Assembly: GCA_963702845.1 (NCBI GenBank)
Contig: OY969763.1
Span: 3,232,001 to 3,296,000, forward strand
Origin: an uncultured Verrucomicrobiae bacterium
Lineage (GTDB): Bacteria > Verrucomicrobiota > Verrucomicrobiia > Limisphaerales > Palsa-1400
Reading direction: 5' to 3'
Length of the DNA stretch: 64,000 nt
In this document: piece by piece, positions 49,625-62,700 of the stretch
How the letters are laid out: each line of letters starts with the position of its first letter
Position numbering within the stretch: position 1 is the stretch's first letter
Made by a program: the position numbers and the translations under genes
The notes under the pieces: generated by a model
Seen by the model: the letters and a program-made list of their open reading frames with translations, nothing else
Databases searched by the model: none
What the model was told of the DNA's origin: nothing

Positions 49625-50944
49625 CTACTTCGAAGCAACCTTGGACGGTTCCGGATTGCGTTGCGCGTAGAGGAGCACTCCCTTCAGCACATCAATGGCG
49701 CGTTCCATCTGAGTATCGTGCGCGCTCCTGACGCGTTCACGGTCCTTATCATCAAGCGTGTTCATGGCGCCGGGAGTGCGTTTGTAATACAGGTCACGAT
49801 CCTCGTCGTCGGTCATGGGCACGATAATGTCAGGCGTGATGCCGTGTTCGTGAATGACTTTATGGCTGGGCGTATAATATTTCGCCGTGGTCAGGCGCAG
49901 GGCAGAACCGTCCGGCAATGGCAGGATGCTTTGGACGGAGCCTTTGCCAAAGGTTTGTTCACCGACAACGATCGCGTGCGTCACCGGTTGCAGATCTTGC
50001 AAACAACCGGCAACGATCTCAGAAGCGCTGGCACTGCCGATGTTCACGAGCACAACCATCGGCAACTCATAGCGATGTCCATGACCGCTTGAGCGGTATT
50101 CCGATTTCTGTGCGGAATTGCGACCCTCGGTGGAGACGATCAGTTTGTCACGAGGAACGAATTTTTCACACACGGCTGCGGCTTGATCGAGCAGTCCGCC
50201 TGGGTTTCCACGCAGGTCCAGGATTAAAGCTTTCATGCCGTTGCTCTGCAGTTTTCCGAGCGCTTTCTCCAATTCGTCGGAAGTTTTCTCGCCGAATTGT
50301 GTGATGCGAACATAGCCAATTTTATTTTCGTCGACCGGGAACTGGCGCTTGCCGCTGATATCTTTGACGGTGTCGACTTTGATATTGGCGCGCGTCAGTT
50401 TGTAATCCTTAACCTGCCCTGTGGATGGACGTTCCATCGTGAGCGTGACGTCGGTCCCGGCTTCGCCACGGAGATATTTAACCGCTTCTTCCAAACCGAA
50501 CTTTTCTGTGCTCTTGCCGTCGATCTTCAAAATTCGATCCAACGGAAGAATGCCGGCGCGATAGCCCGGAGTATCTTCCATCGGCGCAACAACGGTCAGG
50601 AATTTATCTTTGCTGAGTTGAACAACAATACCGACTCCGCCGAATTCGCCCTGGGTGTCCTTCTTGAGTTCATCGAATTTCGACGGATCCATGAATTCGC
50701 TGTGAGGATCGAGCGTATTCAACATGCCTTTGAGAGCCCCGTGAATGAGTTCCTGATAGCTAAGCTTCTCGCCATCGACGTATTCAGAACGGACCTTCTC
50801 AAGCACGTCGGCGAGAAGTTTGTAGTTCTCGTATGGATCGTCCTTTTGCGACGCGTGCGCGGAATAGAAATAAATCTGAGCGCCGAAGAAAAGATTCAGC
50901 CCCAAAGTAAGCAGTAGTACTGTGTGTAAAAGTCTGCGATTCAT
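49625..50944 (-). CDS. S41 family carboxy-terminal processing protease (CtpA-like) with a PDZ domain
   Basis: LDPHS, FGGVGI (PDZ), ILDLRGNPGGLL, SASASEI, TFGKGSVQ, LTTAKYYTP and GITPD. Likely start is the ATG at 50944 (MNRRLL plus a TM anchor). Confidence 0.95.
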   Translation of the reverse strand: MNRRLLHTVLLLTLGLNLFFGAQIYFYSAHASQKDDPYENYKLLADVLEKVRSEYVDGEKLSYQELIHGALKGMLNTLDPHSEFMDPSKFDELKKDTQGEFGGVGIVVQLSKDKFLTVVAPMEDTPGYRAGILPLDRILKIDGKSTEKFGLEEAVKYLRGEAGTDVTLTMERPSTGQVKDYKLTRANIKVDTVKDISGKRQFPVDENKIGYVRITQFGEKTSDELEKALGKLQSNGMKALILDLRGNPGGLLDQAAAVCEKFVPRDKLIVSTEGRNSAQKSEYRSSGHGHRYELPMVVLVNIGSASASEIVAGCLQDLQPVTHAIVVGEQTFGKGSVQSILPLPDGSALRLTTAKYYTPSHKVIHEHGITPDIIVPMTDDEDRDLYYKRTPGAMNTLDDKDRERVRSAHDTQMERAIDVLKGVLLYAQRNPEPSKVASK

Positions 50945-51127
50945 AACTCGGCTCGTGCCACAACGATACGATGCGTGAGCAACCATTGCAAGGCGGGGAA
51001 CGCTGAATGCGAACGTAGTCGAAAGCGCGAGTGCCACATCGAAGCGAACCGCAAAACCAACACCACCCCAGCCCGCACCTGTGCAATTTATGCTTTCAGG
51101 CGCAGGTTATTTCCGTAATCTCGCCCC

Positions 51128-52153
51128 ATGCAGAAGTTGAAAGTTGCGGTGGTTGGTGTGGGTTCACTCGGGAAAGAACATGCCCGGATCTACGCGGAAC
51201 TCGCAGCCGCTGGAAAAGTTGAATTCACGGGAATTTACGACACCTCGAACGCATCGGTTGACCGCGTGAACGAAAAGATGAAGGTGCGTCGGTTTGGAAC
51301 GATCGAGGAGTTATGCGCGGCGAGCGACGCCATCAGTGTGGTCACGCCGACATTTACGCACTTCGAAATCGCCAGCAAACTTTTGAAAGCCGGGCGCCAC
51401 GTGTTGGTTGAAAAACCAATGACCGACAACGCTGCGCAAGCAACGGAATTGGTGCATCTGGCCCAGGAACACCAATGTGTGCTGCAGGTCGGCCACGTTG
51501 AGCGCTTTAATCCGGTGCTCGGTTACCTCGAAAAGATCGCGACCGACCCACGGTTCATCGAGACGCATCGGTTGTCGCCCTACCCCGCGCGCAGCACGGA
51601 TGTTGGCGTGGTGCTTGATCTGATGATCCATGATTTGGACGTCGTGCTCGCGTTTGTGAAGTCGCCGGTGACCAGCGTTGATGCGGTTGGAATTTCGGTG
51701 CTGAGCAAATCGGAAGACATTGCCAATGCCCGTATAAAATTTGCCAACGGATGTCTCGCCAATTTGACCGCGAGCCGGGTCAGCCCTGAACGGATGCGCA
51801 AGATTCGCGTCTTCAGCGGCGGAGAAATCAATAGCTACGTTTCGCTGGATTATCGCGCGCAGGAAGGGTTCATCTATCGCATCGCGAGGGACGGCGAGGA
51901 AGAATCGTCGTTCCTGAAAAAACTGCTACGCGCAAAGGATTCAACAATCGTCAGCCAGTTCGCCGGACGCAAAATCGTGCGCGAACCGGTGCCGATTGAA
52001 AAGGACGAACCACTGAAATTGGAGCTGCAGCATTTTGTGGAATGCGCGAAAGCGCGCAGCACGCCGCGAGTAAGCGGAGAAACGGCAAGAGAATCTCTGG
52101 ACCTGGCATTCGAAATTACGCGACAAATTCAAAAAGCAAATTTGGCGGCATAA
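51128..52153 (+). CDS. Gfo/Idh/MocA oxidoreductase, GnnA-like UDP-GlcNAc 3-dehydrogenase candidate
   Basis: VVGVGSLG, HVLVEKP, VGHVERFNP and DVGVVLDLMIHDLD; first gene of the operon containing lpxB. Confidence 0.88.
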   Translation: MQKLKVAVVGVGSLGKEHARIYAELAAAGKVEFTGIYDTSNASVDRVNEKMKVRRFGTIEELCAASDAISVVTPTFTHFEIASKLLKAGRHVLVEKPMTDNAAQATELVHLAQEHQCVLQVGHVERFNPVLGYLEKIATDPRFIETHRLSPYPARSTDVGVVLDLMIHDLDVVLAFVKSPVTSVDAVGISVLSKSEDIANARIKFANGCLANLTASRVSPERMRKIRVFSGGEINSYVSLDYRAQEGFIYRIARDGEEESSFLKKLLRAKDSTIVSQFAGRKIVREPVPIEKDEPLKLELQHFVECAKARSTPRVSGETARESLDLAFEITRQIQKANLAA

Positions 52154-52531
52154 ATGGGCAGCATCATCCTCATTTTACCAATCTTCACGTTCAGCGTCTG
52201 GTTATTGGCCACGACGGGCTGTCGCGTTTTTAAGGAGACACTGGCGAGCGGCCGGTGGACACGTTTGATTATCGTCGTCGTGATTGGGATAGTTCTCGGC
52301 TGGCTGTTCACGTTCCGCGTGCAATACAAAATGGGGGCGACCCTTCGGCTGCATTCATTTCCCGTCCCGTCAGTGTTTACGTATTTACAGGATTCGAGGT
52401 GGGTTAATTCGCCACTGCCGCGTCCAATGCAATTAGCGGTTTACTTCGTGGATTTTGCGTTTGGCATTGCGCTCGCGTTCTTCCCGTTCAAACTCGGCGA
52501 GTTTTTCCGGCAAGTGAAAGCAGAGGTATGA
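52154..52531 (+). CDS. Hypothetical membrane protein (three TM segments)
   Basis: Three hydrophobic segments; abuts the upstream stop (TAAATG) and overlaps the lpxB start (ATGA). Confidence 0.75.
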   Translation: MGSIILILPIFTFSVWLLATTGCRVFKETLASGRWTRLIIVVVIGIVLGWLFTFRVQYKMGATLRLHSFPVPSVFTYLQDSRWVNSPLPRPMQLAVYFVDFAFGIALAFFPFKLGEFFRQVKAEV

Positions 52532-53706
52532 AGACCAAACGCATCATGTTTATCGCGGGTGACCCGAGCGGCGATGCGCTGGCCGCAGACCTTGTTCGCG
52601 CACTCGGCAAAAAGTTGTCGCCGGTGCTCTGTTCGTTTTTCGGCGCCGGCGGACCAAAGATGGCCGAAGCCGGAGTGGAACTTGTGTTCGATCTCACCTC
52701 CGATTCTGTGATCGGCATCAGCGACGTTTTCAAAAAGCTGCCAGAATTTCGTCGACGGTTCTGTCACCTGGTAAATCTAGCCGTTGAACGACAGCCGGAT
52801 CTGATCGTGCTGGTCGATTTCTCTGGATTCAACCGGCGGTTCGCGAAAGCAATCCGCGAGCGGCAACCGAAAAACGGAGATTGGAAGCCGCGCATTGTAC
52901 AATACGTGTCGCCGCAAGTGTGGGCTTCGCGCTCAGGGCGTGCGCGATCGTTGGTGCGTGATGTCGACTTATTGCTCTGCCTGTTTCCGTTTGAAAAGCC
53001 TTGGTATGCGGAACGATTCCCGGCGTTGAAAGTCGAGTTTGTTGGGTCGCCAATATTCGATCGTTACGCCAATTACCAATTTCACCCCGAGAAATATCCC
53101 GTGCCATCGTGGGCCAGCGCGGACCCAAATCTGCCGTTAGTCGTATTGCTACCCGGAAGCCGAAAGGGTGAATTGAAGCGGCACCTGCCAGTCATGTTCG
53201 CCGCGTTGCACCAAATTCAACGGCAAGTGCCGGTGCGGTATCGGATAGTTTTACCCGAGACTCTGGACATCACCGGAATGTTCCCGGATCTGCCTCGCAA
53301 TTTATTCATCCAACACGGCGGACTGGCTGAGGCATTGCGCGAAGCGACGGTTGCAATTTCAAAAACGGGAACGGTGATGATGGAATGCGCCTACTTTGGG
53401 GTGCCTACCGTTGCGATTTACAAAACTTCGTGGCTGACGGCCCTTATCGCGCGTTGCCTCATCCAGGTGAAGTTTTTGGCAATGCCAAATCTGCTGGCGA
53501 ACGAAGCGGTGTTCCCCGAATTGCTCCAGCAGGACGCCACCGCAAACCGTATCGCAACTGAAGCGTTGGAGTTATTGCGCAACGAGACGAAGCGGACACA
53601 AGTGAAGACCAAATTGAAACACGTCTTTTCGCAATTAGGCGGCGTTGGCGCGACAGAACGAGCGGCGACTGCGATCTTGAAATTGGTGAACGAAAGCCGG
53701 TCCTAA
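52528..53706 (+). CDS. lpxB: Lipid-A-disaccharide synthase
   Basis: IAGDPSGD, LVDFSGFN, YVSPQVWASR, LFPFE, LLPGSRKGE, AMPNLL and PELLQ. Confidence 0.97.
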   Translation: MKTKRIMFIAGDPSGDALAADLVRALGKKLSPVLCSFFGAGGPKMAEAGVELVFDLTSDSVIGISDVFKKLPEFRRRFCHLVNLAVERQPDLIVLVDFSGFNRRFAKAIRERQPKNGDWKPRIVQYVSPQVWASRSGRARSLVRDVDLLLCLFPFEKPWYAERFPALKVEFVGSPIFDRYANYQFHPEKYPVPSWASADPNLPLVVLLPGSRKGELKRHLPVMFAALHQIQRQVPVRYRIVLPETLDITGMFPDLPRNLFIQHGGLAEALREATVAISKTGTVMMECAYFGVPTVAIYKTSWLTALIARCLIQVKFLAMPNLLANEAVFPELLQQDATANRIATEALELLRNETKRTQVKTKLKHVFSQLGGVGATERAATAILKLVNESRS

Positions 53707-53728
53707 GACCTGCGCCGTTGAACCATCA

Positions 53729-56700
53729 TTAAGGCGCAACGACGCGATAAAAACGAAATGCCGTACTCTTCGGGGCGCTTTCGGTCGCACCGGGGCCGAA
53801 GTCGACCCACTGCATTTGAGTCCCGTTACCCTTGAGCGGCAGCGGCGAAGTGAACCAATTCTTCAGATCTAATGTGTATTGAACGTAGTACGTCTTGTTG
53901 GAGTTTGACACAAAGTTCACAAGCGTCGAGCCGTCGGTTTGAAACTTGAACCGCGTTACTTTCACCAGATTAGTCGAATTGACTGTGAAGGTCGGGCCGG
54001 CCGTAAGACTGGCGGAAGTTGTAAACGTCACAACCGGTTGGCTGCTCGCGACGTAAAGAATGGTCGCGTAATTCGCTATGCTACTAACTGGCCCAACCGT
54101 GTTGTTGAAAGTAATAAAGGGTTGGCCCAACGCATTTGTGCCGGTCACTCCCTGCACAGAAACTCCACTCGAGATGCTCGTGAACGTGACGGTTACCGAC
54201 TGCACTGTGCTGATCGTTGGATTGGTCACGCTCAATTTTTGCCCCCATGAGAACAAGCTCGGGCTGAACACAATTGGGCCACCGGACACCATCACCGGAT
54301 TTCCCAGTTGGATGTTGATGGGCGCCGAGACATTCGTCGCGCCGTAATTGTCCGTTGCGATTGCATAGAGGACAGAATTGGTCGACGGCGCGTTTGTCCA
54401 TGTGAATGAATACAAATCATCATCTTCTGGCACGCCCTGCCCAATGACGTTCGTTCCATTCAGGAATGTGACGTTGGTCACGAAGCCATCGACGTCATAC
54501 GCGTCGGCGGTGATAGTCACCGGCGAAGGATACAGGAACAGAGACGTATTCGTGGGCGTGATGATACTGACGGACGGCGGGTTGTTAACCGTGATGAAGA
54601 ACGTTTGTGTTGGTGACGTGTCAACACCGCCATTGGCAGTTCCGCCATTATCGTGAAGCGCAACGGAGACAGTCGCGACACCGTATTTGTTCGCGGTAGG
54701 AGCAAAACTCAAAGTGCCATTGGTGCTGATCGCCGGCGACGAACTGAAGATTGAATTCTTTGTATTGCTGACAATAAAGTCCAATGCCTGCCACGATTCA
54801 TGCGCGGGACCCGCCAAAAGATTGCTTGCCCAGTTCAAACGCGTTTGCGCACCGGCGTAATTGTTGACGATCTGGTCCGCCCCTTTTGTAAATGACGGTG
54901 GGTGATTCACAGGGACAATGGTGATGACAAAAATCTGCGCCACAGATGTGTCGACGCCGCCATTGTCCGTGCCACCATTGTCGTGCAGCACGACAGTAAT
55001 ATTAGCGCTACCGATCGTCAGCGGTATTGGCGTAAACGTTACCGTTCCGTTGGTCGCAATCGACGGCTGGATCGTGAACAGGTTCGAATTGTCATTGGAT
55101 ACGATAAAATTGAGCAACTGATTTGATTCATTGGCCGGCCCGGGCTTGATATTGGTTGCCCAGTGCGTGGTCGTGCTCGTAATTGAATCCTCCAGGACGG
55201 AAATGTCGGCACCTTTTGTAAAGGACGGCTGTTGATTAACGAATCCGACGTCAATCGTAACCTTTACGGCATCGCTCGGCGTGCCGGTGTTGCTCGCCTT
55301 ATAGGTGAAGCTGTCGGGGCCGAAATAATTAGTATTGGGAGTGTATTGGAAGCTGCCGTTGGCATTCAGAGTTAACGAACCATTCGTCGGCCCGCTCACA
55401 ATAACCGTTTGCAGCGGTAGATTGTTTGGATCCGTGTCATTGCCCAACACGCCCGGCACGCTAACGTTCAGCACTTTGTTTTCCAGGACGCTGTATGAAT
55501 CAGGATTGGCCGTCGGCTTGGCGAGCAATGGATTAAACGTGATGGTCTGCGAGCACGTGGAGCGATTACCACAGTCGTCGGTCGCTGCGTATGTCCGAGT
55601 AATGGTGACCGCATAGCCATTGGTGGAATTAGAATCCGCCACGAAAGATTTTTGCGGCACACTGCAATTGTCTGCAGCTGTCACGCGACTTGGGTCCGGC
55701 ACCGGAATATCGCTCGGCAACGACACTGTCACTGCGGCCGGGCACGACATCGTCGGGGCCTGCGTATCATTTACCACGATCGTTTGGTTTTTCGACGTGG
55801 CGTTACCACACGCATCCGTCGCTCGATATGTGCGTGTAATTGTGAAATGGTTTATGCAGTTACTGGACGTAATCACATCGGCGTCGTGCGTGATCACCAC
55901 TGGCAATCCACCGCAGTTGTCCTGGGCAGTGACCAAACTGTCGTTTGCACCCGGAACCGATACCGAGCAAGCAAAAGTCGCGTCGGCGGGGAATGCAGTA
56001 ATTGTCGGCGGCGTTATCGCGTTCACCGTAATCGTTTGGGTCTTGCTTGATGAATTGCCGCAGGCATCAGTGGCAATATAGGTGCGGGAAATATTGAACC
56101 GATTCACGCAGTTGCTCGATGTGACTACGTCTGGCGTATGCGTGATTATGACTCCGGAATTCCCTCCGCACGCGTTGGTGGCGCTCACATTACTGTCGTT
56201 GGGAGCCGGCACAGCGCTGGCGCACGAATAGGTTGCATCGGACGGGAATGTCGTTATCAAAGGCGGGGTGGTCCCGTTGACGGTGATGGTTTGAGTTTTG
56301 CTGGAACTATTCCCACAAGCGTCGGTCGCCAAATAAGTTCGCGCAATTGTGAATCGATTCACGCAGTTGCTGGAGACAATGCTGTCGTTATTGTGCGTAA
56401 CAATAATTCCTGAGTTGCCACCACAAGCATTTGTTGCCACGACTAAACTATTATCAGCAACCGGAACAGCCCCTGCGCACGAATACGTCGCATCTGCGGG
56501 GAAACTTGTGATCGTTGGCGGCGTTGTTCCATTAACCAAAATCGTTTGGCTCTTGCTGGAAGAGTTGCCACATGCATCAGTTGCAATGTACGTGCGGATT
56601 ATCGTGAAACGATTCACGCAGTTGCTGGACGTTGTCACATCTGCAGCGTGACTGATGACCAAGCCAGCATTTCCGCCACAGGCATTTGTCCCACCAACAG

Positions 56701-59700
56701 AACCATTATCCGCAGCCGGGACCAAACCAGCGCAGGAAACTGTGACGTCGGCAGGAAAACTAGTGATCGTCGGAGCGGTTGTGCCGTTGACGGTGATTTT
56801 TTGCGATTTGCTCGACGAATTGCCACACGCATCAGTCGCGACGTAAGTGCGTGTGATCGCGAAGCGGTTTACGCAATTGCTGGAGCCAACCGAGTCAGCC
56901 AAATGACTAATCACGACGCCGGAACTACCACCGCAGCCGTTCGTCGCCGCAACCAGGGTATCGTCCGCTACTGGTACTGAACCCGCACAAGAGTAGGTCG
57001 CATCAACCGGGAAGCCGGTGATCGTTGGCGGCGTTGTTCCAGTAACCAAAATCGTTTGCCTCTTGCTGGAAGAGTTGCCACAAGCGTCAGTCGCAATGTA
57101 TGTGCGGCTTATCGTGAAACGATTCACGCAATTGCTTGCTGACAGGGAGTCAGAAAGATGTGAGATCACTACGCCTGCCCCACTCCCGCAACCGTCCGTT
57201 GCACTAACCAACCGATCGTCCGCTGAAGGCACGGTGTTGGCGCACGAATAAGTCGCGTCAGTTGGGAGCGTTACGATCGTAGGCGGCGTCACTTGATTAA
57301 CCGTAATCGTTTGGGTCTTGCTCGATGAATTGCCGCAGGCATCAGTGGCAATATATGTGCGAGAAATATTGAACCGATTCACGCAGTTGCTCGAGGTGAC
57401 TACGTCCGGCGTATGAGTGATTACGACTCCAGAATTACCTCCGCACGCGTTGGTCGCGCCCACAAGACTGTTATTTGGAGCCGGCACAGCGCTGGCGCAC
57501 AAAAAGGTTGCATCAGATGGGAATGCTGTGATCAAAGGCGCGGTTGTCCCGTTGACGGTGATGGTTTGAGTTTTGCTAGAACTATTCCCACAAGCGTCGG
57601 TCGCTAAATAAGTTCGCGCAATTGTGAAACGATTCACACAGTTGCTGGAGCCAATCGAGTCAGCCAAGTGACTAATCACGACACCCGAACTACCACCGCA
57701 ACCGTTCGTCGCCGCGACCAGGGTATCGTCTGGCACTGGAACTGAACCCGCACAAGTGTAGGTCGCATCAACCGGGAAGCCGGTGATCGTTGGCGGCGTT
57801 GTACCGGTAACCAGAATTGTTTGGCTCTTGCTGGAAGAATTGCCGCAAGCGTCCGTCGCAACGTATGTGCGGCTTACCGTGAAACGGTTAACGCAGTTGC
57901 TTACTGACACCGAGTCAGAAAAATGTGAGATCACAATGCCCGTACCACTCCCGCAACCATCAATTGCACTAACCAACCGATCGTCCGCTGAAGGTACCGT
58001 ATTGGCGCATGAATATGTCGCGTCATTTGGGAACGTTACGATTGTCGGCGGCGTCACTTGGCTGACCGTGATGGTTTGAGTTCTGCTGCTGGAGTTTCCG
58101 CACGCGTCAGTCGCAACGTACGTTCGCGCAAGAGTGAAACGGTTGGCACATGCGCCTGGCGTGATGACGTCGGCGGTATGCGTAATAACCGCGCTGGAAT
58201 TTGCCCCGCAATTGTCGATGGCGCTGACGAGCGTGTCAACGGCGGCAGGTACCGCACTGGCGCATGAATAAGTGGCATCTTCAGGAAATGTCGTGATGAC
58301 CGGAGCAATCGTGGCATTAACCGTAATCGTTTGATTTTTTGAAGTGACGGTGCCGCAGGCGTCGGTGGCGTGATATGTGCGCGCAATCGTAAAGCGGTTC
58401 ACGCAATTGCTGGACGTAATCACGTCGGCGTCATGAGTGATTGTCACAACACCGGCACCGCCGCAATTATCAACGGCACTGACCAACGTGTCATTAGCCG
58501 CCGGAACAGCGCCCGCGCAAGCATAGGTGACATCGCCCGGGAAGCCAGTGATCGTTGGGGCTGTCGTTCCGTTGACGACGATGGTTTGAACCTTGCTCGA
58601 AGAATTGCCGCATGCGTCAGTTGCGATATAGCTGCGCGAAATCGTGAAACGACTGACACAATTGCTCGACGTAATGACATCGCCACCGTGGCTGATGACG
58701 ATGCCGCCGGTTCCACCACAACCATCGATCGCAGTCACGAGAGAATCATTTGCGGCAGGAACTGCTCCGGCACACGAATAAGTCGCGTCGACGGGGAAGC
58801 CGCTGATTGTCGGCGGTGTCGTCGCATTGACGGTGATTGTTTGGTTCCTGGTTGTGACGTTGCCGCACGCATCCGTGGCGCGGTAGGTGCGCGTAATCGT
58901 AAAACGACTGACGCAATTGCTGGAACCGATCACATCGGCATCGTGCGTGATTGTTACGGTAGAGGAAGCACCGCAATTGTCATTTGCAGTCACCAGCGAG
59001 TCGTTCGGCGCAGAAACACCAGTTGCGCATAGAACTGTGGCATCCGCCGGGAAAGCAGTGATAGTTGGCGCAATGGTGCCGTTGACCGTAATCGTTTGGC
59101 TCTTGCTGGACGCGTTGCCACAGGCGTCGGTTGCAATGTACGCACGGGTAATCGTGAATCGATTCACGCAATTGCTGGACGTGATCGCATCCGTATTGTG
59201 CGTAACGACCACACCCGCGCTGCCGCCGCAGCCGTCAATCGCACTTACCTGAGAATCATCGGCCGCAGGAACAGCGCTCGCACACGAATACGTCGCGTCA
59301 GCCGGCAAAGTCGTGATGGTTGGAGGTGTTGTTTGGTTGACGGTGATTGTTTGAGTTATGCTGCTGGAATTGCCGCAAGCATCCGTTGCGATGTAGGTGC
59401 GCGCGATGCCAAAACGATTCGCGCAGATGCCCGGCGTAATGACGTCAGCATTATGCGTAACGACCGTGCTGGAATTCCCGCCGCAATTATCGACGGCAGT
59501 GACCAGACTGTCGTTTGCCACGGGGACTGCGCTGGCGCAGGAATACGTTGCGTCATTTGGAGAACCGGTGATCACTGGTGGCGTCGTCGCGTTGACAGTT
59601 ATCGTCTGGTTTTTCGTGCTGACGTTCCCGCATGAATCGGTTGCGCGATAGGTGCGGACAATGGTGAAACGATTCACGCAATTACTCGAGGTAATCACAT

Positions 59701-62700
59701 CCGCATCATGAGTGATGTTTACCGTTGGGCTTCCGGTGCAATTATCCGAGGCAATGATCAAACTGTCATCTGCTGCTGGAACTGCCGCCGCACAGACATA
59801 CGTCACATCAATCGGAAAACCGGTAATAACTGGAGCATTCGTCGCATTGATTGTAATCGTCTGGCTCTTACTGGACGAATTGCCGCATGCATCAGTCGAA
59901 ACGTAGGTGCGAGTGATGGTAAAGCGATTCACGCAATTGCTGGACCCGACGGTGTCAGCAAGATGACTAATTACCAGGCCGGCACTGCCGCCGCACCCAT
60001 CGATGGCTGTTACCAAGCTATCATTGGCGGCAGGCACAGCATCGGAACAGGCGTAAGTCGCATCTGGCGGAACTGCCGTAATCGTTGGTGGCGTCGTTGC
60101 GTTTACAGTAATTATCTGGGTTTTGCTGGCGATGTTCCCACACGCATCAGTCGCGCGATAGGTACGAGAAATAGTGAAACGACCGACGCAATTGCTCGAG
60201 CTGATGGCGTCAGGATCGTGACTAATGCGCACCGGTTCCGATGTGCCACAATTATCAATCGCAGCAGCGACTGAGTCATCCGCTACAGGCACAGCGCTCG
60301 CACACGAATAAGTCGCATCCACAGGAAAAATCGTAATAGCGGGCGCGACGGTGCCATTCACAACAACTATCTGTGTTTTGCTCGAGGAATTTCCGCAAGT
60401 GTCTGTGGCTACGTACGTGCGGCTGATCGTAAAGCGACTTGGGCAATTGCTGGAAGTGATGACGTCGGGACCATGGCTAATCGTCACTGAACTTGAGCCG
60501 CAGCCGTCGGTGGCGGTCACTTGCGAATCGTCTGGAATAAGCACTGCGCTAGCACAGGAGAACGTCGCATCGGCCGGGAACGCAACGATTGTCGGCGCTT
60601 TGTTTTGATTCACCGTAATCGCCTGGCTCCTGGACGTCACGTTACCGCAGGCGTCTGTCGCTCGGTAGGTCCGTGTGATAACAAATCGGCTGACGCAGTT
60701 GCTTGATGCGACCACGTCTGCATCGTGCGAAATCGTAACGGTCGCGCTCCCGCCACAATTATCAGTGGCGGTAACGAGGGAATTGTCCGGCGCGGGAACC
60801 GCGCTGGAGCAAGATACTGTCAAATCAAACGGGAACGTAACAACCGTCGGAGGTGTCGTTCCGTTTACCGTGATCATCTGAGTCTTGCTGGAAGAATTTC
60901 CGCATGCGTCCGTGGCAATATATTTGCGACTGAGTGTCAGACGATTCACACAATTACTGGAGGTCGCAACATCCGTGGCGTGAGTGATGACGAGTCCTGC
61001 ACTGCCGCCGCACGCATTTGCCGCCGTCACGAGCGTGTCATCGGCGGCGGGCACGGCGGCAGCGCAGGAAAAAGTCGCATCGGGAGGAAAGGCCGTAATC
61101 GTCGGAGGCGTGGTGCTATTGACCGTGATCATTTGTATTCGGCTGGTGGAATTGCCGCACGCATCGGACACCACATACGTTCGAGAAATAGTGAAGCGAT
61201 CGACGCAGTTGCTCGATGTGACGCTGTCGGTGTTGTGAGTCACCGTTATAGCGCTGCAATTATCGCTCGCCGTCACTAAAGAATCGTTTGGCGCAGGAAC
61301 TTGTCCGGCGCAGGAATAGGTTGCGTCGGCGGGAAAGGCGCTAATAACCGGCGATGTTGTGTCGACCACGGTAAATCTCTGAACAACGTTCGTCACGTCT
61401 CCGCAGCCGGTCGTCAGCTTGTACGTTCGTGTGACGACAAGCGGGCTCGCCGCACAACCCGTACCGCCGTTCGATGAATCACCCGGAAAAGATAGCGCCG
61501 TCGGCTGTCCGCAATATGGACCGCCATCTATGCCCCCTTGTGAAAGGAACTGCGTCAGATTCGTTGCCGCTGCCGGGATCGACGCCGCGCAAGAAAGACT
61601 GGCGTCAGCAGGCGCGGCGAAGTGGAAAACATTGATGGTTACTTTAACCGGCGGGGAAGAGTTCGTAGCGTTGCTGGCAAAGTAGTAAAAATAGACGGTA
61701 CCTGAAAAATTTGCGGGTGGCATGTATGTGAACGAACCATTCGTGTTCAATGTGAGCGTGCCAGAGGTGACGTTCGTCGACAGAACCGCTTTCAATGTGC
61801 CGTTGCCAGGATCGGAGTCGTTCGTCAAAACGCCCGGCGCAGATACTGTTAAGGTTTGGTTTTGATTAACGCTATAGGAATCCGGTACGGCATTTGGGGG
61901 CAACGCAGCCGAGACAGTGCTCGTCACGATCGAGACGTTGTCGGCCATATTGGCGTCGTTTTGGGTGCATAGGATTTGCGCGTCGTTTTGTAGAACAGTT
62001 CCATTCGAAGCGTTTGTCGCAATCGTGACCTGGTACGTCAGCGTACCCGAATCGCCAGGTTGCAAATCGGGAATGTCCCACCAGAGTTCGTTGCCAAGCG
62101 ACTGGAGGAACTGCACTCCTGGGCTTCCACTCCAGGTATTGGCCCAGGTCATACCGGTTGGAAGTGTATCGTGAATCTCAACGCCGAGGGCCGCATTTGC
62201 CGCGGTGAACTTATTTGAAAATGTCACGGAATAAGTAACCGTCTGCCCTGGTGTGACGATGGCTGTACCCGTTTTGATGATGACAAGGTCAGGTGTGCCC
62301 GATACAGGCACCGGCTTCGCAAGCTGAAGCTGAGGATTATACATGTGCAGGGAAGCGCCTCCAAACAGATGTGCGCCGGCAGCCATGCGCGCCTGATAAT
62401 AAATGTATCCGGTCTGACTGTTCGTTACGTTGGCGTTAATGGTGTAGAACCAGTCCTGCAACGTACTCGACGCTGTCAAAACCGGCGTAGACATTACAAC
62501 GTTTGATGACGGAACGAAATTGAACAGGTTTTGAATACCTGGTTTCCCATTAGCGTTATTGTCGAAAAAGACAACGACTTGATTGCTCCCGGGATTGTTG
62601 AGAACCACGCGACAAGGAATAAACTCTAGTTCAAACCAGCCATTGAGCGGCCCACCATTGTAATTGGTGCTGCCTTTGTTGACGCCCTGCAAATCAATCG

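Noticed and set aside
49625..50944. S41 protease as the processing enzyme for the giants' C-terminal tails
   Set aside because: Only proximity supports it; it is an ordinary CtpA-like gene upstream of tsaD.
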